Source: Octopus vulgaris | Lineage: Eukaryota | Assembly: GCA_951406725.2 (NCBI GenBank) | Contig: OX597815.1 | Location: 57,536,001 to 57,600,000 of the forward strand | Length of the DNA stretch: 64,000 bases | Direction: 5' to 3' | The notes under the pieces: generated by a model | Told to the model about the DNA's origin: nothing | The model's input: the letters and a program-made list of their open reading frames with translations, nothing else | The model's database searches: none | Program-made: the position numbers and the translations under genes | Part shown: piece by piece, positions 56,351 through 64,000 of the stretch | Numbering within the stretch: position 1 is the stretch's first letter | Layout of the letters: each line of letters opens with the position of its first letter

Positions 56351-59298
56351 ACATCAGAGGACTGCAAACACTCAGTAACAGGACAAAGATCCCGTTCCTG
56401 AGAGACTTTGTTGCATGCAATCAAGCCTTATGCATAGCACTTACAGAAACGCACCTGAAACCGGACATAGCAGATGCGGAGTTACACATACCACAGTATG
56501 CTGTACTACGGACCGACAGGAAAGAAAGGAGTCATGGAGGTGTTGCTATGTACATCCGTGAGGACCTCACACCCCAGGTCCTCTTGTCATACTCAAACTC
56601 GGTGTGTGACACACTAATTGTACATATTAGGCAACTTGATGTAGTTGTGTGTGCTACATATCGCCCTCCAGATGCCCCAAGCCATGTGGGCAAGTTTGAA
56701 GACTGCCTTATAAAAATAGAAGAAATTCTAACCACATTAGAACAACACATAGGTGTGCTTCTTATGGGAGACTTCAATCTGCCCAATGTCAGATGGCCCG
56801 AGGGCCTTTCTCTCCCAGGAATGACAAGATGTGAACGAGGACAGGCGAGGTCCCTCCTGAACCTCACCAACACCCTGTACATGGAGCAGGTAATACTCCA
56901 ACCAACCAGGGCAGGTAACACACTGGATCTCTGCTTCACAAATGACATGGATCTCATCCATAATGTGAAAGTGACACCGACACTACTCTCGGATCACAAC
57001 ATGATAGAGCTGACCATGTACGGGCCAAAAGAGAGCACGGACATGCAGCCTACAAGAAACCCTCAAAATCTTTCCAGCTTGAACTACCATAAGGCAAACT
57101 GGAAACAAATTGAGAAAGAGATCCTCAAACAAAACTGGCCTAAATGTCTCTCCTCGCCAGACATCGACGTGAAACTTCAACAATTCATGTCTGTAATGCA
57201 AGCCATATGCTACAAATGTGTCCCAGAGAGAAAGGCCACTGTACACAAGAACAAAATCCCCAGAGAGAGGAAAATTTTAATGAGACGGCGTACGAAATTT
57301 TCAAATCGCCTAAACAAACAGATTGAAAGCAGTGAAAAGTCCCGCCTAAAAATAAAACTGTTGGAAATCGAAAAATGTCTGCAACTCTCCCATGAAAAAG
57401 AAAGAGCAGACAAAGAAGCCTGGGCTATAGAAAACATAAAATCTAACCCCAGAGCTTTCTACAGGTATGCCAAAGAAACAGCTACAGTGCACTGTAGAAT
57501 AGGGCCACTCCTCGAAAAGGATGGCACACTTACAGGAAAACCAATGAGGGTAAGTGAAATACTGAATGAGCAATTCAAGAGTGTTTTCACTCCACCCCTT
57601 GGGCATCTCCAAATCACCAATCCAACTGACTTTTTTACCACTGCAGATATAAAATCAGAGGCGGCGACGATAGATTACATCGATATAAAGGAAGACGATG
57701 TAACCAAGGCTATAGATGAAATGAAAACAGACTCAGCTACTGGCCCCGATGGATTCCCGGCAATCCTCCTAAAAGCATGTAAGAGAGTCCTAGCAAGACC
57801 ACTGCAGTTCCTCTTTCAGAGCTTCCTTGCAGCTGGCAAACTTCCAGGAAAACTGAAGGAAGGTAAAATATGCCCCATTCATAAAGGAGGTAGCAGAGCG
57901 GAAGCCAAGAACTATAGACCTATCTCTCTGACCTCACACATCAGCAAGGTCATGGAACGAATAGTCAGAAGGAAGCTGATCACCTTCCTTGAAGAGAATG
58001 ACTTGCTGCCCGACACCCAACATGGTTTCCGACCAGGGAGAAGCTGTTTAACTCAGCTCCTACAACACTATGACTGGGTGCTGAAACGGCTGCTCAACCA
58101 CTCAAATGTGGAAGTGATATATCTCGACTTTGCAAAGGCCTTTGATAAAGTCGATCATGGAATGATATGTCACAAACTGCGTGATCTCAACATAGTTGGA
58201 AAACTGGGAGAATGGCTTCATGACTTTCTGAAGGATAGAAGTCAGGTGGTAGTAGCCAATGGGGCCACCTCCATTAACACACAAATAGTGAGCGGTGTTC
58301 CGCAGGGCACTGTTCTGGGACCACTACTGTTCATAATGGCCCTCTCAGACATGCCCTCAGCCACGCAGAGAGCCACGATCACAAGTTATGCAGATGATAC
58401 AAAAGTTTCACAGGCAATACAGAACCCTGAGGACACTAAACACCTGCAATGTGAGCTGGACGAAATATACAAGTGGGCTGAAAAGAATAGCATGCAGTTC
58501 AATGCTGGAAAGTTTCAAGCTTTATACTATCAGCATGCAAAACTGAATGCAATACCCAATGAATACACTGGACCCGGAGGGATTGCAATCCCAGAGGCAC
58601 AATCAGTGCGTGACCTGGGTATTCACATGAGTGATGACGCGACCTTTCATGTACATGTTGCTAAACTGACAATGAAATGTAGACGGCTGGCTGGATGGAT
58701 TCTTAGAACCTTTAGAACAAGAGAACAAGAAACCATGATGGTCCTCTGGAAGACACTTGTCCTAAGCCACTTTGACTATTGCTCTCAGCTATGGTCACCA
58801 TCCAGTGTCAAGTTGATCACAGAACTTGAGGCGATCCAACGAAGCTACACAAAGAAGATAGCCTCTATGCAGAATGTAAGCTACTGGGAAAGACTCAAGA
58901 GATTAAAATTATATTCCCTGGAGCGTAGGCGGGAAAGATATGCCATAATATACATCTGGAAGATCCTGGAGGGAAGTGTCCTGAACTTTGGCATCGAGAG
59001 TTACGCAAATGCCAGAACTGGGCGCCACTGCGTGGTGCCTAGGACTCCAAACCTGCCATCAAGATGTAGGACAAGATTCTGTGATAGCCTGGGCTTCCGA
59101 GGCCCACAGCTCTTCAATATCCTCCCGAAGAACCTGAGAGACCTGCATGGGGTGGATACAGATGTCTTTAAAATGAAGCTGGATCTCTTCCTGTCAGGTG
59201 TCCCAGATGAACCAACTTCACGGCAGGAGGGGCAGATGAGGGCAGCTGCATCGAACTCTCTCATGCACCAAATAGCAGTTGCTAGAAAGCCTCCATGA
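56194..59298 (+). CDS. LINE ORF2: endonuclease + reverse transcriptase (56194 is GTG; first ATG at 56302)
   Basis: Intact; I see only three residue differences from copy A (D/G, K/R, I/T). Confidence 0.95.
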   Translation: MHGTKDCTAADLASSNPSPQVGLPTIYQTTTANRHRMDTAGNNVHLTSILLLNIRGLQTLSNRTKIPFLRDFVACNQALCIALTETHLKPDIADAELHIPQYAVLRTDRKERSHGGVAMYIREDLTPQVLLSYSNSVCDTLIVHIRQLDVVVCATYRPPDAPSHVGKFEDCLIKIEEILTTLEQHIGVLLMGDFNLPNVRWPEGLSLPGMTRCERGQARSLLNLTNTLYMEQVILQPTRAGNTLDLCFTNDMDLIHNVKVTPTLLSDHNMIELTMYGPKESTDMQPTRNPQNLSSLNYHKANWKQIEKEILKQNWPKCLSSPDIDVKLQQFMSVMQAICYKCVPERKATVHKNKIPRERKILMRRRTKFSNRLNKQIESSEKSRLKIKLLEIEKCLQLSHEKERADKEAWAIENIKSNPRAFYRYAKETATVHCRIGPLLEKDGTLTGKPMRVSEILNEQFKSVFTPPLGHLQITNPTDFFTTADIKSEAATIDYIDIKEDDVTKAIDEMKTDSATGPDGFPAILLKACKRVLARPLQFLFQSFLAAGKLPGKLKEGKICPIHKGGSRAEAKNYRPISLTSHISKVMERIVRRKLITFLEENDLLPDTQHGFRPGRSCLTQLLQHYDWVLKRLLNHSNVEVIYLDFAKAFDKVDHGMICHKLRDLNIVGKLGEWLHDFLKDRSQVVVANGATSINTQIVSGVPQGTVLGPLLFIMALSDMPSATQRATITSYADDTKVSQAIQNPEDTKHLQCELDEIYKWAEKNSMQFNAGKFQALYYQHAKLNAIPNEYTGPGGIAIPEAQSVRDLGIHMSDDATFHVHVAKLTMKCRRLAGWILRTFRTREQETMMVLWKTLVLSHFDYCSQLWSPSSVKLITELEAIQRSYTKKIASMQNVSYWERLKRLKLYSLERRRERYAIIYIWKILEGSVLNFGIESYANARTGRHCVVPRTPNLPSRCRTRFCDSLGFRGPQLFNILPKNLRDLHGVDTDVFKMKLDLFLSGVPDEPTSRQEGQMRAAASNSLMHQIAVARKPP

Positions 59299-59391
59299 AG
59301 TGAAACCAAGTAGCAACACCAAATGGCGGTGCCCCAGCATGGCCACAGCTCATAAGCTGAAACTAGAATCAATCAATCAATCAATCAATCA

Positions 59392-61373
<1,982 letters not shown>

Positions 61374-62936
61374 AGATTGATAAATCCGGCTAAAACTGAG
61401 ATAGGAATTATTAGCAAAAATATTTTGGACCGTATTTTAGTTAAGTTAGATAGTGAAGTAGACTTGAGAATTTGGAAGAATAGTAAGTCAGTTATAGAGT
61501 GGTTTAAAGGTATTAGCTATAAGAATAATTGTAGTTTCACACAATTCGACATTATTGACTTTTACCCGTCGATATCTAGGACGTTGCTCCTAAGGGCATT
61601 GGACTTCGCCAAGCAGTATGTCAACATCGATAGCTCGGAAATTGAAATTATTATGCATGCGAGGAAATCGCTTCTGTTTTTCGAGGATTCCACCTGGATT
61701 AAGAAGACTGAGGATTCTCTTTTCGATGTACCGATGGGGGCATACGACGGGGCTGAATTATGTATGCTCATAGGAGCCTTTATTCTCCATAATCTAAAAA
61801 TAGAATTCCCATTTATAGATGCTGGTCTATATAGGGATGACGGCCTTATAGCCACGCATAATCTAAACAGCCATGAATCAGATAGACTTAGGAAGGACCT
61901 TATAGCTTTCTTTCAAAGGATGGGCTTACGGATTACGATAGATACTAACCTGAATAGTGTAGATTTTTTAGACGTAAATTTTAATGTAAGATCGGATAGA
62001 TTTAAACCTTTCCGTAAGCCCAATGAAAAGCTATCGTATATTAGCAAAGATTCGAACCATCCACCAGTTATCCTTAGCAACTTAGTCAGCAATGTAGGTA
62101 GAAGAATATCTTCAATTTCTTCGGACTAGGCAGCATTCCATAATGCTGCACCTTATTACGATAGCGTATTAAAGAATAGTGGATTCTCGAAGAAGATCCA
62201 GTTCAACCAGCTTAATGCTAATAATAATGCTGCACGAAGAACTAGGACCAGGAAAGTTTTGTGGTTCAACCCGGCTTTCAATTTGGCCGTAAAGACTAAT
62301 ATAGGTAAGGAATTTTTGAGATTAGTCTCTAAGCATTTTAAGCAGGGTCATAAATTCTACAGAATATTTAATAGAAGAACCCTGAAGGTTAGCTATTCTT
62401 GTTGCAGAAATTTCGCCTCTTACATTAGCCAACATAATAGGAAGCTAATTGAGATTAGACATGGTGCCGAGCCCATTAAGAAATGTAATTGCAAAAACGA
62501 AAGCTCCTGTCCGTTAGAAGGGAAATGTCTAGTGAAAGGAGTAGTTTATAGAGCCAAGGTGCAAGTGGAAGGCTCATCGGAATACAAGACATACACAGGG
62601 GCTTCAGAAAATTCATTTAAAACAAGATTTTATTCTCATAAGAATTCTTTTAAATACCCAGAGAGTAGGAAGAAAACCAGCCTAGCAAAATATGTCTGGG
62701 AACTAAAAGAAAAGGAAGCCCCACCTTTCAACGTGACATGGAGCATTCTGGACAGGGCGGCACCATACAGGCATGGAGCTTACAAATATAATTTCAAGTG
62801 CAAGCTTTGCTTATTAGAGAAAATGCACATCTTATTCAAAGACAATAATTCTTTGAATCAAAGAAGTGAGTTAATGAACTTATGTAGGCACGCGGCTAAA
62901 TTTAAAATGTCGAATATAAATATACCATATGGATAG
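61374..62936 (+). pseudogene. PLE RT + GIY-YIG ORF, single in-frame TAG at 62127-62129
   Basis: ORFs 61185-62129 and 62259-62936 are in the same frame and the peptide continues through the stop (SSD*AAFHNAAPYY). Confidence 0.88.
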
Positions 62937-63922
62937 AGTATATATTTTGTATTTTGATTTTTGATTTTGATTTTGACTCTTAAGCGCTACGATGGATCTA
63001 TAGCAAAGTCTTATTGTTTCTACATATATATTAGGAAAAACCTACAAACTTTGTTTTCATGTTATTGTATTGCATAGGATTACCTTGATTATTTATAAAT
63101 GACCCAAAATAGGATGTTATATTTTATTTTATATGTCTTTCGTATATATTTTTATTAATGCACCCATTTTTAAAAGCAATGTTGTCAAAATTAGAATGTT
63201 TATATAAGTATGTGTATAGCAAAGCATATGTATTTGTAAGCATGCGTATCTGTGTATGTGTAAGTGAAAGTATGTTTGTGCTTAAGCACACATATACACG
63301 ACGGTATGTATATGTATCCATTCAAACTTGTGTATGTATACTGGTCTCTATAGATGCCAATAACATCGTTACACTGCTTATTTCGTTTTTTTCCCCACCC
63401 CTCCTTCGTTTCTTTTTTCTCTCTTTCCCTTTCTTTCGTTCCCCCTCCTTGCTCAGTATATGAGAATTGCTACATAGATGAATTTTAGCTTGCGTGCGAG
63501 ACGGTTTGCGTGAATATATGTACACATGCTTTTATGTGTATATTTAGACTTATATTCATACGTCTGTACATGTATGTATGGCGTTTACGCGCATCCTTTT
63601 GTGTATGTTGATATATATATATGTAGATTTTAATATAAATATGTATTGCAGTATTTATAACAGGTTTAATTTCTATGCATTAATTTGCACTGTCTTCATT
63701 AACGTCAATAGGTTTTTTCCTCGGATTTTATTATTTTTATAATTTTTATAATTTTTTATAATTTTTTATATATATATACATATATTTTTGACCTTTTTGT
63801 TTATCGCTCGAAGATTGACCGTTTTTTCTAAAGGGCCAATCAAAGAAGTCCATTTCTTTTTAAAGGTGTAGCGTTTGTAAGAGTATAGATTGAATTGATA
63901 TATCATTCCATTCTAGCAAAAA

Positions 63923-63960
63923 CTGTCTGATGAACGGCAACGAGAAACTCAGAGTAACAG
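63923..63960 (+). ncRNA. Minimal type I hammerhead ribozyme at the PLE 3' end
   Basis: CUGU-CUGAUGA-aCG gcaa CGa-GAAA-CUCAGAG-UA-ACAG: canonical core, GUA triplet, very short stem II. Confidence 0.8.
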
Positions 63961-64000
63961 ATTTTGTTGAATTTTCTGCTGCTTAAAATAAAGTATATAT

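Larger units (their letters stand above)
61374..63995 (+). mobile_element. 5'-truncated Naiad-type Penelope-like element
   Basis: [47 protein letters not shown]; CNC.....CPLEGKC; GVVYRAKV..YTGASE.SFKTRFYSH; 3' hammerhead, AATAAA, then TA. Confidence 0.92.

Overview
Eukaryotic, AT-rich, microsatellite-laden genomic DNA. The repeat families resemble those of Octopus/cephalopods, which is an inference. The only host gene I can support is diacylglycerol kinase epsilon (DGKE-like, + strand): four phase-compatible GT-AG coding exons at 1907-2052, 2758-2812, 11215-11331 and 19284-19355. No further exon is recognisable in the remaining ~44.6 kb, which includes a 100-N gap. Nearly everything else I can identify is transposon-derived: a degenerate Gypsy LTR element with a nested piggyBac, a mariner, a Helitron, RTE LINE remnants, tRNA-type SINEs and several Penelope-like elements (PLEs). 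Main observations: (i) a ~13 kb head-to-head pair of near-identical, young CR1/L2-group LINEs sitting in (TA)n tracts, with a monomer-repeat 5' UTR and an ORF1 that combines a Myb/SANT (trihelix)-like domain with a CCCH zinc finger; (ii) seven type I hammerhead-ribozyme motifs with palindromic stem III, four with a canonical core and three with a single core substitution, one of them in a 357-bp retrozyme-like unit; (iii) a 3' stem-loop shared by the SINEs and the LINE, with compensatory substitutions. Most short ORFs in the track are microsatellite or antisense artefacts.
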